Notes: generated by a model from the letters alone, not told the origin. A stretch of DNA of 64,000 bases from an uncultured Chloroflexia bacterium (GCA_963748625.1 CAVVJT010000007.1:1271170-1335169), one strand, 5' to 3'. Shown: positions 30,074 through 41,502, counted from the stretch's first letter. Numbers and translations: made by a program.

Positions 30074-31056
30074 ATTGAACTTGATGGCGGTGCGCGGGTG
30101 CTGGTTGAGCAGGCCGGTGATCAGGTAGGGCAGGTCGAAGCCCCAGCCGAGTTTGGCGCGCATCGGCTCGATGTGGTTCTGGACGCAGCGCAGCACCGGG
30201 CGCAGCTGGTACTTCGGGTTGTGCAGAAAGCCGATGAGCAGTTCCATGGGGCAGTTGCCCGCGCCGCGGCCGAGGCCGGCCATGGTGGCGTCGACCATGT
30301 TCGCGCCCAGCACGATGGCCTCGATGGTGTTGGCGAAGGCGAGCTGCAGGTTGTTGTGCGCGTGGATGCCGACCTCCTTGCCGGCGGGCTTGCAGTAGCT
30401 GCAGGTATTTCTTGACCGAGGTAGCGGATCTGCTCGCTGTAGAAGCGCGCCGAAGCTGTCCACCAGGTAGATGGCCTTGGTCTCCGACTTCGCGAGCAGG
30501 GCCAGGGCCTCGTCCAGTTCGCGCTCTGGCACCGTCGAGACGGCCATCAGGTTGACGGTGGTCTCGTAGCCCTTGTCGTGGGCGTCCTTGACCATGTCCA
30601 GCGCGATGCGGGATCTGGTGGATGTAGCAGGCCACGCGGATCAGGTCGACGACGCTCTCCTTCTTGGGCAGGATGTCCTCGCGGTAATCGCATCGTCTCG
30701 GCGTCGGCCATGACCGCCAGTCTTCAGGTCCGGTCGGGTTGTCGCCCACGATGCGGCGGATGTCGTCCTCGTGCGCAGTATTTCCAGGCGCCGTACTCGC
30801 CCGGCCGATGATGTCTCTTGCGGGAGGCCTTGTAGCCGATCTCCATGTAGTCGATGCCGGCGGCCACGCAGGCGTCGTAGACGGCCCTGACGATGCCGTC
30901 GTCGAACTGGTGGTTGTTCATCAGGCCGCCGTCGCGGATGGTGCAGTCCAGGACCTTGATTTCCGGCCGATACGAAATCCACCGGCTGGTGGCGGATTCC
31001 TTTTCCGGTGTCGCTTTCTTCGCCTTGGCGGCGGACTCGGGCTGGCGGTTGGGCAT
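30074..31056 (-). CDS. DRE-TIM/HMGL-like aldolase-family protein, frameshifted and cut just before its C-terminus
   Basis: VLDCTIRDGG, YLVDSFG, GIHAHNNLQLAFANT, GLGRGAGNCPME, NQHPR. Confidence 0.85.
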
Positions 31057-31231
31057 GCCAGCTGCCTAAACCGAAACGAGGAACAATGCAATGCCGGATT
31101 GCGCCCCCGAGCTTCGCCAGCTCCATTTGCGAATAAACGGATCTGACCCCTCGGGCGGGACAACTCTTGCCGAAGGACGCCATGGGGGTGCAGGATGTGT
31201 CCTCGGAACGACGCATATCCACGCGCTTTTT

Positions 31232-33025
31232 ATGCCGAACCTGCCACGACTGATGATGCCTGCAATGCTGATGATCTCCATGGTGGAGCTGACCCACGGC
31301 GCCGACGCGGTCGACGTGGCGCAGGCACAAGCCGACGCCTGGCGCGCGGGTCATCGATTGATCGATCTGCACCAACACGTCAACCTTTCGCCCGAGCACG
31401 TGGAACGCGCGGTCAGGATCATGGACCGCGCCGGCATCGGCCTGGCCGTCAACCTCGGCAGCGGCACGGTCACTCGCGCGAGCGACGGCGCCCCTTCCGA
31501 GTTCGAACGCGGCAAAGCCCTGACGGATCGCCTGCACCCCGGGCGCTTTCTCCATTACCTGACGCTGGATTATGAAGGCTGGGACACGCCGGATTGGTCG
31601 CAACGCGCAGTGCGACAGATCGAGGAGGGACATCGCCTCGGGGCGGCGGGCCTGAAGGAATTCAAGCGACTCGGCTTATCATTGCGCGACGGGGCCGGTC
31701 AGTTGATCCGGGTGGACGATCCGAAGCTTGATCCCGTGTGGGCGCGCTGCGGCGAACTGAATCTGCCGGTTTCCATTCATGTGGCGGATCCGAAGGCGTT
31801 CTGGGAACCCTACGACGAATCCAATGAACGCTGGAACGAGCTCCGGGATCATAAGAACTGGTGGTTTGGCGATCCCGCGGTTCATCCGGCGCGGCTGGAT
31901 CTACTGCAGGCCTTGAACCGGGTCATCGAGCGCCATCCGAAGACCACCTTCGTCTCTGTCCATTTCGCGAATAACGCGGAGGACCTCGAGTGGGTGGAAG
32001 CGTCGCTCGACCGTTATCCCAACCTGATGGCCGATCTTGCCGCCCGGATCCCCGAGATCGGCCGGCACGATCCCGCGGCGGTGCGCCGCCTGTTCATGAA
32101 GCATCAGGACCGGATCCTGTTCGGCACCGATTTCATGGTCTACGACCGCCTGATCCTGGGTTCGAGCGGCAATGAACCGCCGCCCACGGACGACGATGCC
32201 CAAGTGTTCTTTGATAAACACTGGCGCTGGCTCGAAACCAACGACCGCGACTGGCCCCATATGACCCCCATCCAGGGCGACTGGACCATCAGCGGCATCG
32301 GCCTCCCCGCCACTGTTCTGCGCAAGATCTATTTCGATAACGCGCGACAGTTGCTCGCCCGGTCCCTGCCCTTGCCGACGTTCCGCGCAGCCCGGATCGA
32401 GCGGGATTTCGCGCCTGCCGGCGCCATGACCGAACCCGAATGGCAATCCGCCGAGCCGGTTTGGATCGAATGCGCCACGCAGGACGGAAGGGCGCGACCC
32501 GCGTTGTCGACGAGCGTCCGCGCCCTATGGTCGGAGCGTTACCTCTACCTGGGGTTCATCGCGCCATACACCACGTTGACCGTGTTCGAACCGCCGCTGA
32601 CGGCAGGGAAACGTTTCGGCGACAAACCGGGAGAGAGCCTGTGGGATCGTGATGTGGTCGAAGCCTTCATTAACGCCGACCCGTCAGACCTCCGCCATTA
32701 CACGGAATACCAGGTGGCCCCCACCAACGAACGGCTCGACCTGCGGTTGCGCCTGCCCGACCGGGATTTCGAATGGCAAAGCGGCTTCGAGTCCGCCGTC
32801 GACCTCGACGAGCCGGCCAAGGTCTGGCGCTGCGTCATGCGCATTCCCATGTCCGCCCTCAGCCTCACCGGTCCGCAAGCGGGAACGCGTTGGCGACTGA
32901 ACCTCTTCCGGTGTGACCGCGCCCATAACGCGTTTCTCACCTGGAACCCGACCCTGAGCGCGACCTTTCACACGCCGGAGAAATTCGGCGTGCTCGAGTT
33001 TGTGGCGGCGGTGCCGCGCCGTTGA
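31232..33025 (+). CDS. amidohydrolase_2 fused to CBM9-like domain
   Basis: IDLHQH, GLKEFK, IHVAD, VHF, LFGTD; C-terminal LWDRDVVEAFI, WRLNLFR, FHTPEKFG. Confidence 0.82.
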   Translation: MPNLPRLMMPAMLMISMVELTHGADAVDVAQAQADAWRAGHRLIDLHQHVNLSPEHVERAVRIMDRAGIGLAVNLGSGTVTRASDGAPSEFERGKALTDRLHPGRFLHYLTLDYEGWDTPDWSQRAVRQIEEGHRLGAAGLKEFKRLGLSLRDGAGQLIRVDDPKLDPVWARCGELNLPVSIHVADPKAFWEPYDESNERWNELRDHKNWWFGDPAVHPARLDLLQALNRVIERHPKTTFVSVHFANNAEDLEWVEASLDRYPNLMADLAARIPEIGRHDPAAVRRLFMKHQDRILFGTDFMVYDRLILGSSGNEPPPTDDDAQVFFDKHWRWLETNDRDWPHMTPIQGDWTISGIGLPATVLRKIYFDNARQLLARSLPLPTFRAARIERDFAPAGAMTEPEWQSAEPVWIECATQDGRARPALSTSVRALWSERYLYLGFIAPYTTLTVFEPPLTAGKRFGDKPGESLWDRDVVEAFINADPSDLRHYTEYQVAPTNERLDLRLRLPDRDFEWQSGFESAVDLDEPAKVWRCVMRIPMSALSLTGPQAGTRWRLNLFRCDRAHNAFLTWNPTLSATFHTPEKFGVLEFVAAVPRR

Positions 33026-33128
33026 TTACGCCGCTTTTCGTTCGGTCCACGTCATCGTGCACGGAATTCGACACGGAAGTTACAAAGCGGTAACAACTCG
33101 TGCGGAGCGTTTTGGGATTCTGCCACCC

Positions 33129-34745
33129 ATGAACAGGACCTTACCAGCCATGAAAACAATGCTGTCCATCGCCGGGGTTCTGGTGACCCTGGTCGCCGCG
33201 CAGCCCCAGGGCTTTGGGGGAGGTGCCCCCGCCCCGAGCGTCACCGCTCAACAACCCGGCGCACCTGCCCCGCCCGCGGCTGGCGGTTCCTACGCCACCG
33301 GATTGCTCCGCGAGGAAGGTGAAAATGATCTCCTCGCCGCCGCCGCCGCGTATCGCCAGGCCATCCAGGCCTTCGATCGCCAACGCGCCGAAGCCGCCAA
33401 CGCCATCTTCCGGCTCGGCGAGGTCTACCGCAAGCTCGGCCGAATGGAGGAAGCCAAGGTTCAATACGCGCGGATTCTGCGTGAGTTTCCCGACATGGTC
33501 CGGTTGACGGAGATCAGCCATAGCTTGTTGTTCAGTGACGAGCCGAAATCCGTGGAATCGACTGGCGGTGGTTTCGGCAGCAGTGGCGGCGGGACGCCGG
33601 GGGTCGGCACGGGGGCGCAGATCGAGGTTTCCTCCAACCAGGTTGATTGGATTCCCCTGAACCAGGTGACCAATCTGGACGGAATGGTACTGCGGATGCA
33701 ACGGCCGAAGTCGCCCTCCAGGGAATCAGGTGAAATCGGGACGACGGGTGGCGGCGATCCCGCTCACCCCGCGTATTACGAACGACTCATGATGCAACGT
33801 TACGGGATTGTGCCGGGGCGAATACCGGCACCCGCGCAGCCGACGGGGAGCCCCACGGTTCCCGAGGCGATGGGAGACAAGGCGAAGCGGACCGCGTGTG
33901 TCAGCAATCTCAGGCAGCTCAGTTTGGCCGCGCGCGCCTACGCGACGGACCACGAAGGTGTCTTTCCGTCCAGGATCGGTCTGATGAGCAACGAGATCTC
34001 AGAGACGAAGGTGTTGGTATGTCCCTCGGAATCGAGCCATCAACCGGCAGAATCGTGGGATGCATTCGACCCGGCTCTTCACCTGACCTACCAATATCTC
34101 GGGGCCTCGGCCCGGGAAGACGATCCGCAACGGGTGCTCTTTCGTTGTCCGATTCATGGGAACGTCGCGCTGGGGGACGGCAGTGTGCAACTGGGACGGG
34201 GTGAGTCGTCGTCGGTCACACCCCAGCTCGATGAGATCCTAAGGCGACGGTACGGGCTGGTGGGCGAACTGCGGACCACGGGCACGCCGGGGGCCAACGC
34301 AACTCAACCGGCAACCCTCACGATCGCCATAAATCGAGACGGCAATCTCACGGTGAATGGCGGGCCGATGGATCTGGCTGGAGTGACCCAGCTCATCCAA
34401 CAGATGCCGGACGAAATGCGGGCCAATACAATCATTGAGTTGCAAGCCGAACCGGAAACCGATTTCAGTCGTATTGGCGCTGTATTGGACGTCTGCCAGG
34501 AGGTTGGTGTTACGCACATAAAGCTGGGGACTGAACCCAGCGCGGCAATTCGCCGGGAAATCGAGCGGTTGAAGGGCGAGGCCGTATCGCACTCCCAAGA
34601 TGGGACAAAAACGGCGTTGGATATTCTGCGGCTAGAAGCGGAAGCGGAGGACCAGCAGAGCAAGTTCCGCACGGCCGTTGATCGCATGAAGCAGATGCAA
34701 TCATCGCTGAGCCCGGCTCCGGATGCGACGCGGGGAGAACGGTAA
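33129..34745 (+). CDS. secreted multidomain protein: TPR + DUF1559-like + ExbD-like
   Basis: Signal peptide; AIFRLGEVYRKLG TPR; CVSNLRQL...CPS...HGNVALGDGSV; LTIAINRDG...VLDVCQEVGVTHI. Confidence 0.65.
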   Translation: MNRTLPAMKTMLSIAGVLVTLVAAQPQGFGGGAPAPSVTAQQPGAPAPPAAGGSYATGLLREEGENDLLAAAAAYRQAIQAFDRQRAEAANAIFRLGEVYRKLGRMEEAKVQYARILREFPDMVRLTEISHSLLFSDEPKSVESTGGGFGSSGGGTPGVGTGAQIEVSSNQVDWIPLNQVTNLDGMVLRMQRPKSPSRESGEIGTTGGGDPAHPAYYERLMMQRYGIVPGRIPAPAQPTGSPTVPEAMGDKAKRTACVSNLRQLSLAARAYATDHEGVFPSRIGLMSNEISETKVLVCPSESSHQPAESWDAFDPALHLTYQYLGASAREDDPQRVLFRCPIHGNVALGDGSVQLGRGESSSVTPQLDEILRRRYGLVGELRTTGTPGANATQPATLTIAINRDGNLTVNGGPMDLAGVTQLIQQMPDEMRANTIIELQAEPETDFSRIGAVLDVCQEVGVTHIKLGTEPSAAIRREIERLKGEAVSHSQDGTKTALDILRLEAEAEDQQSKFRTAVDRMKQMQSSLSPAPDATRGER

Positions 34746-34893
34746 AAGATCTGGGGTAAAAGATGGGGTGTGGCAAGACTTCGGATCGCATGCCCTCGTT
34801 TGAGCTACGGTGGGTAAGATGGTCGCTCGAATGGGTCCAACCGCGGTTTAGGACAAAGTTTAAGACAAAGTTTCCGGCCCGACGCAGTCTACT

Positions 34894-37020
34894 ATGATGA
34901 CGCGCAAGCCAATGCCGTCGCCCGCACCGTCGCGACCGCGCTTTCTCTGGCGCGGCTTGTTGATCGTGCTTCCCGCCCTCGCCATGGCGGCGTTCGGGTT
35001 CGTGTCGTTGCGCCAGGATCGGTTGCTGGTTCGACACCAGGCGGCGGAACAGGCCGAGAAGATTGCGGAGGAACTGGTCCAGTCGATCCTCCCGGCGGGC
35101 TTCACTCTGAATCTGCAGATGCCCGACCCGCCGGCTCCTCCGATCCTCTCGCCGCAAAACGATCCGGTTCTCGGCGCCGCGATCCATGGGATCATCGCGA
35201 TGCTGTTCGACGAGACCGGCCAACTCGTCTTTCCACAGCCCCCGCACTGGCCGTTGCCCGAACCGCTTGAACTCGACCGGCTCGATCCGGAACAGTTGGA
35301 GTTGTGGACGACGGCGCGCCGCGAACTCTTTGCGAACGGCGACCCGGCGGTGGCCAGGCTGCAGTTCGAAGCATTCCTCGAGCGCCGGCCACCCGAACGC
35401 TTCGAGGCGCTGGCCCGCTTTCATCTGTTCGAGTTGGCCTTGCGCGCGGGGCAGCGGGATCCAGCGACCGAACACCTGGACCAGATCCGTCAGAAGTTTG
35501 GGCAAATCAAAGCCGAGTCCGGTTTGTCCTTGCGCCTCCTGGCGGAATGGCGCGCGCTGCGCCTGATGGATGCCCAGTCCACGCCCTCCGCCGATTCCGA
35601 GCAACATCTGAGATGGCTCTGCGAGCAGGCGCTGCTCGATCCCGGTCCGGTCTCGGAGTCGATCTTCGAGTAGGTTCGACAGTTCGGGAATCAAGCACTG
35701 CAAGCCGGCATCAGCACGAGTCGAACCAATCGCCGCCGCCTGCGGCTCATGGATGAGATTGCACGGCATGGCGCGCGCATGGACGAATTACTGGGATGCC
35801 CACCAGCAAGCCCGTGGGCTCTTCGAACTCTTGCGTGGGGCGTGGTTCGATTTGCCCGCGGACGACCGTGGTCCGACACCGGCTGGGTCAAGTTCAACGG
35901 CCGCGACTTCCTGATTCTGCGCCAGCCATCCGCCACCGGCACCTGGTGGCTGGCCTGGCCGGAGGAAGCCTTGCGCAGGCAGGTGCGCGTGGCACTCGAA
36001 GCGGTCGCCCTTCCGGCGGAGTTCGCCTGCGGGATCGACGTGGGCGGCCGAAAGATGGCTTCGTCCGGTCCGGCGCAAACCCGGCTCGCGTCCCGCACGG
36101 TTCCGCTCGATGACGGCCTCGAGCTGACGGCGACGATCTGGCTTTTCGATCCGGATCTGCTCTACGCGCGGCAGCGCAAGCGCACGTGGTGGTTTGGCAC
36201 ATTGATCGCCGTGTCGGTGGCGTCGGTGCTTGGCGGTGCGCTGGCGGCGTGGCGCGGATTCAGCGAGCAACAACGGCTGACCGAACTGAAGAGCAATTTT
36301 GTTTCGAGCGTATCCCACGAGATGCGGGCGCCGATCGCCTCGGTCCGGCTCATGGCGGAAGAACTGGTGGACCGCGGCCCGGCTGATCCGGCGAAAGCCG
36401 GCGAGTATCATGGCTACATTCTGCAGGAATGCCGCCGGCTCTCGGCCTTGATCGAGAACGTCCTCGATTTCTCGCGGCACGAGCAGGGCCGCAAACAATA
36501 CCGGTTCGAACCGGCGGACTTGGGACGAATCGTGGAGGAGACGATCCACGTCATGCGCAGTTATGCGGTGGACCGTCAGGTCACGCTCGAACACCGGGTC
36601 GAGGGTGTGCCGTTCGAGCTCGTGCTGGATGCCGCCGCGATCCAGCAGGTGCTCGTTAACCTGATTGACAACGCGATCAAACATTCCCCGGCCGGGGCTT
36701 CGGTGGAGGTCGCGCTGGCCTATCCTGAAACCGCACCCGCGTCGATCCCGGCTGCACAATCTAACGGCACGCCGCCGGTCCGGCTCACGGTGCGTGACCA
36801 TGGCCCGGGCATTCCCGAAGCGGAACAGCGGTTGATCTTCCAACGGTTTTATCGGCGCGGCACCGAGTTGCGCCGGGAGACCCAGGGCATCGGGTTGGGC
36901 CTGGCCATTGTGCAATACATCGCGGAAGCGCACGGCGGCAGCGTCCGGGTCGAAAGCCAGCCGGGAAACGGCAGCCAGTTCATCGTGGAACTGCCGACGG
37001 CGGGAAGGGACCAGTCATGA
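34894..37020 (+). CDS. sensor histidine kinase with one in-frame TAG (35671-35673)
   Basis: Two same-frame ORFs; TM1 in the first, TM2, VSHEMRAP, NLIDNAIK, DHGPGI and GIGLGL in the second. Confidence 0.85.
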
Positions 37021-37778
37021 CGGACATCCTTCATACGGACGACGAGCATCGACCGCTGCCCCGGATCCTGGTGGTCGAGGATGAACGCCCGATGCGCACC
37101 GTGCTCCACGATTGTCTCGAACGCCAGGGCTATCGCGTGTTGCTCGCGGAAGACGGCGCGGTGGCGCTCGAGCTGGCGTTGCGCGAGAAGCCCGACCTGA
37201 TCGTGCTCGACATCATGATGCCGCGGCTCGATGGACTGGCGGTCTGCGCTGAACTGCGTCGCCTGGCGCGGCGGGTGCCGGTCTTGATGCTCACGGCCAA
37301 AGGCACGGTCGAGGATCGGGTGCGCGGACTTGATGCGGGCGCCGACGATTACCTGGTCAAACCGTTCAGTCGCGAGGAACTGCTCGCGCGCGTGCGGGCG
37401 TTGCTCCGTCGGACTGCGCGGAATGGTGCGTCACTTGGGTGCGTTGCTTTCGGGAATATTCGAATCGACTTTGCGCAACGCCAGGCGTGGCGCGGGACGG
37501 AGCCGGTTGCCCTTACGGCGAAGGAATTCGAGATCTTGCGGCTGTTGCTGGAGCGTCCGGGCGAGGTGATTTCGCGCGAGCGTTTCCTCGATGCGGTCTG
37601 GGGTTACACCGCGTTCCCCACGACCCGGACCGTAGACCGGCACATCGCAACGCTCCGCACCAAGCTCGGCGATGACGCGGAGGAACCGCGCTGGATTCGC
37701 ACGGTGCATCGGGGTGGTTATCGATTCGAGGGGTCAATGGTGCGGCCGGGCGAGGGCGAGGACACCGCTGAATCCTGA
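37017..37778 (+). CDS. OmpR-family response regulator
   Basis: LVVEDE, LDIMMP, MLTAK, DYLVKPF, RTVDRHI. Confidence 0.95.
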   Translation: MTDILHTDDEHRPLPRILVVEDERPMRTVLHDCLERQGYRVLLAEDGAVALELALREKPDLIVLDIMMPRLDGLAVCAELRRLARRVPVLMLTAKGTVEDRVRGLDAGADDYLVKPFSREELLARVRALLRRTARNGASLGCVAFGNIRIDFAQRQAWRGTEPVALTAKEFEILRLLLERPGEVISRERFLDAVWGYTAFPTTRTVDRHIATLRTKLGDDAEEPRWIRTVHRGGYRFEGSMVRPGEGEDTAES

Positions 37779-37807
37779 GATTCGTTTTGCGGAGGGACAT
37801 TCACAGA

Positions 37808-38130
37808 GGGATTTCAGGGAACGCGCAGGAGCGCGTCCCTACCGGGTTGGAAAGCGCCGTTGGATGGGGCTTCGCGGGAAGGACGCAGAGCATGGCGCAT
37901 TGCATGGATGTGTTTGCTCAAGGGCCAGTCAGCACGCGCGGCAGCGCGTTCGCACCTGATGGGGAGGGAAGCCGCTCCCGCGGGTCCCTGACATTCGTGG
38001 TGGAACCGGTACGCGGTTGCGGTGGGAGATGCGCACCTCATTACGCTCGGAGTGTTCGGTCACTCTGGACAGGGCGTACGTCGCTGCGGCTGATCTGCGA
38101 CACAGCCGCGGTCCGGTCGCGTCCCTACCG
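37808..38130. repeat. cluster of GTAG-type REP-like palindromes
   Basis: GGGAACGCGCAGGAGCGCGTCCCTACCGGGTTGGAAAGCG (37817-37856) plus degenerate copies; related copies at 46891-46940 and 50573-50704. Confidence 0.75.
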
Positions 38131-39462
38131 GTTGAATGCGCCCTGAGGATCCATCGGCAGCAGGCGCTGCAGTTCCGCCATCAGTCCGCCCCGGTAGATG
38201 CGGGGTCGATGTTCGCCCGAGACGAACATGGCCGATGGAGGCGGACCCGATTTTCGCCAGGCCACGAATCGCCGCAACAGCATGGCTTCCTCCTTCAATT
38301 CCCAAATGAACCGGTAAAAGGTGTGCAAGAGCTCGCGGTCAGCCAGCGTGGTCATCGTTTCGTACAGGGCCTCGAGTTGCTCGCAGCCCTTCAGGAACCG
38401 AGGTTCAACCCGGCTCCAATGTGCCGGAGGTTGCTCGAGCAGCCTCTGGAAATCCTCGAGCCAACGCCGCGCCCGATCTCCATGGCGGTGCGGCAAATAC
38501 AGGCAGTCCCCCAGCAACTCGAGGTCGGCCAGAGTGATCTTCCGTTTGCCATGGGTATTCCATTGTCTGAGCCACTCCCGCAGCGCATCCAGATAAGCCT
38601 GCCGCGGTTGCCAGGGTCCGCGTGCCCGCGCGTAAGCCGCGAGGGTATGGATGGGGACATAGTTGGCCTCGAACTCGCAGTTCGGATTGGTCAGGATCCC
38701 GGCCACTTCCTTCCTGAGGGCCGGGGATCGGCCAGAGTAAGGGCCGCAGTAAATCCGGCGCAGATCGTAATCGTTGGCGTGCAGGTTATCCCAGAGGATG
38801 GGCTTGCGCCGAAGGACCTTGCGCAGCTCCCGGATTCCGGCAACGGTGATCTCTTCGGAGATGATTTCCGGACCGGTCCAGAGTATGTCGATCGATTCAT
38901 CCAGGCGTGTCCCCAGTTCCTTGAGGTACTCGGACTCGGACACCGCCCCGCCCGCCATTCGCCCGCAGTAAACGGTGGGACAAAAGAGCAATTCGTCACC
39001 GCGCGCGACCGTGCGATGCAAATGATTGGCCACCTCGGCCTGGGCGCAGGCGGGAGTTTGGAACTTCCTTGCGTCAGCCGAACTCAACCTCAGCGGGAGA
39101 TCGTCAAACAACAGCGCGAAACCGCGGCAACCGGCCGAGCGCAATTGGCGGAGCCTGGCTTGCAGGGCGTCCGCGTCCGCGTCCGAGGCGAAGCGCAGGT
39201 CCAGCCCGGGGCCGATTCCGTAGATGAAAGTGACGCCGTGTCGTCGCGCTTCCCGGATGAGGCGAGTCAACTCCTGGATTTCCGTGGGATCATAGAGTTG
39301 CCGCCAGCAGGCCCGGTGTTTGAGATCGTCTTTGGGCGCGTACAGATACCGGTTCATGCCCCATTGCCGCATCCAGCCGAACAACCGGTGGCGTTGTTCC
39401 GCGGACCACGGCCGCCCATAGAACCCTTCCACCACGCCGCAACGAAATCCGGGTGTATTCAC
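38125..39462 (-). CDS. GH84 O-GlcNAcase
   Basis: GVVEGFYGRPW, YLYAPKDD, ALLFDD, WTGP, LWDNLHANDYD. Confidence 0.93.
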   Translation of the reverse strand: MNTPGFRCGVVEGFYGRPWSAEQRHRLFGWMRQWGMNRYLYAPKDDLKHRACWRQLYDPTEIQELTRLIREARRHGVTFIYGIGPGLDLRFASDADADALQARLRQLRSAGCRGFALLFDDLPLRLSSADARKFQTPACAQAEVANHLHRTVARGDELLFCPTVYCGRMAGGAVSESEYLKELGTRLDESIDILWTGPEIISEEITVAGIRELRKVLRRKPILWDNLHANDYDLRRIYCGPYSGRSPALRKEVAGILTNPNCEFEANYVPIHTLAAYARARGPWQPRQAYLDALREWLRQWNTHGKRKITLADLELLGDCLYLPHRHGDRARRWLEDFQRLLEQPPAHWSRVEPRFLKGCEQLEALYETMTTLADRELLHTFYRFIWELKEEAMLLRRFVAWRKSGPPPSAMFVSGEHRPRIYRGGLMAELQRLLPMDPQGAFNR

Positions 39463-39755
39463 ACTTTTTCTTTGGGGTCAGATCTCAATATTTGACAATT
39501 GCCGGGTGAATCACCGTGCCGTTTCGGTGGCGGACCGAGCAACACCCGGCCCAGTTGCCAGAGAAAGCTGCCCGCGAGGCCGGTGAGCAGGACGATCAGG
39601 ATCGCCCAGGGCACGTCCCGCCGGGTGCCGCCGCCGGAGTACTTGAAGAGCTTGATGGTGACGAAAGCCATTCCGGACAGCGCGCCATAGAGGAAGCCGG
39701 CATTCAAGCACCAGGATCGGCGTCGGCGAGGGCGCGATCGGAAGAACTGTCTCAT
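39459..39755 (-). CDS. small two-TM hypothetical protein
   Basis: Two hydrophobic helices; packed between lptE and GH84. Confidence 0.5.
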   Translation of the reverse strand: MRQFFRSRPRRRRSWCLNAGFLYGALSGMAFVTIKLFKYSGGGTRRDVPWAILIVLLTGLAGSFLWQLGRVLLGPPPKRHGDSPGNCQILRSDPKEKV

Positions 39756-39756
39756 T

Positions 39757-40357
39757 TCACCAACTGCCTTCGGTGAGCGCGGCGGCGGCCTGCCGGGCCC
39801 AGTCCTCGGCGAGCAGGGGCAGGGCCTGGCGTTCGGCGCTCGGGAGATCATTGCCGACGCGGATGCTGGTTCGCCCGGTCAGTGGACGGTCGACGAGCGT
39901 CCGACCGCTGAGTGCGATCCACGGCGGTTAGTTGGACGGTGAGGCGGAGTTCATAGTCCGTCACCGTGATCACGTCGGTGGGTTGAAAGGCGAGCGGGCG
40001 GCGTTCAAAACGGGTGATCACGCCGCCGACGTGCACATCGCTGTCGCCGGTGGTGCGGAGGCGGTAGGAACCGTCGCGCTGCAGTTCCTGGCGCAAGGCA
40101 TGACTCAGGGCCTCGGGCAAGCCCGGTTCGATCGTGCGGTTCTCGAAATACCGCACCTGGATGGATCGTCCCGCGGTCAACTCCGGGTTGGTCGGGCCGA
40201 GGCGATACCCGCGACAACCCGTGACCCACAACAGGACGAGGACCAAGCCGCTCCAAAGGGCAGGCTCGTGCCGAAATCGCGAGCCGACGCCGGGGCACCC
40301 TCGCCGTCGGTTTGGGCGAAGGCTATGAAACCAACGGCTGTTCGCGGTCAGAGACAT
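39757..40357 (-). CDS. lptE: LptE-family lipoprotein (frameshifted)
   Basis: Lipobox VTGC, GYRLGP, FENRTIEPGL, terminal ERQALPLLAED. Confidence 0.8.
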
Positions 40358-40379
40358 GGCGGGCGCGGGTTCGAGTCCG

Positions 40380-41395
40380 CTAACGTTGGGCGGTCTGCTG
40401 GGTGTGTCGGCTGCGGATCTCTTCGATCTTGAGTTTGGCTTCTTGCGCGTAAGGTGAATTGGGATCCTTGACCAGCACTTCGTTGTAGTAGATGAGGGCG
40501 CCGTTCCAGCGTTTTTTCTTTTCGTAATAGCGTGCGGTGACGAAGGAGCCGCGGGCCTGCTCGGTTTTGAGTTCGGCAGATCATGGCCTGGGCTTCGGCC
40601 GTTCGCGGATCAGTGGGATAGAGCGCCAGGAAATCGGTGAAGGTCGCAATCGCCTGGGCCGCCACGCTTTGATCGTAATCCGCTTTCTTCGCCTGCTTGA
40701 AGTAGGCACGCCCGGCCTTGAACAGGGCTTCGGCGGCCACCGTCGCGGTTGTCGAAGTACCGGTCCGCCGCCGTGGTATACGCCGTGACCGCCTCCCGGA
40801 AAGGATCCGTCTTGTTGAAGAACGAGGATTGATTTTCGCGCGCGGCGCCGATGTTGAGCTGTGCCTGCGGCGCGATGGGGCTGTACGGGCCGTTTTCGAT
40901 CACCGACGTGTACATTTTCACGGTCCGCTCCATCGACGGGAATGCGGGGATGACGCCCCACAGCTTGAACCATTTCCCGGCGAGGTAATGGTTGGCGATC
41001 TGGTACTGCCGTTCGAGCACCTCCTGGTACATCTCCACTTTGGGGTATTGTTCGAGCAGCGTCTGGTACGCCTTGAAGGCTTTCTCCTCTTTGCCCTTGG
41101 CCTCGAGGGAACGTGCCGCCAAATACTGCGCCCGAGGCGCGTAATCCGACAAGGGCCAGACTTTAACCGTCCGCTGTGCGGCTTTGAGCGCCAGGTCGTA
41201 TTGCTTCTCCGCAAACGCGGTTTCCGCCAGGTCCAATTGGTCTTTGGCGCGTGTCCGCGTCCATTTGCCTTCCGTGCCAGGTGTTTCGTAGGTCCAACCC
41301 TCGCCTGGCCGGAAAACCAGCGGCGCCGGACACTCGGAAGGAAATAGAAAGAGCACGGCCGAAATCACGGCCATGCGCCAACCCCAGCTGTTCAT
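40380..41395 (-). CDS. bamD: outer-membrane assembly factor BamD-like TPR protein (frameshifted)
   Basis: PLVFRPGEGWTYE, TPR repeats, YDQSVAAQAIATFTDFLALYP, ALIYYNEV; upstream of lptE. Confidence 0.82.
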
Positions 41396-41502
41396 GAGTG
41401 AAGACCGTAATGGAGGGTCGGGACACCGTCAAGGCACCCGAAGCGGCGGCCACGGACGAACCGCGGACTCGCGGTCGCACGCGAGGGAACCCCCGGCCCC
41501 GG

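Noticed and set aside
29057-30595. Genuine 512-aa aldolase-DUF6119 fusion protein
   Set aside because: Both parts are truncated and the join coincides with the lineage switch.
35671-35673. Pyrrolysine or recoded TAG
   Set aside because: TAG is used as a normal stop by neighbouring genes, and no pyl genes are seen.
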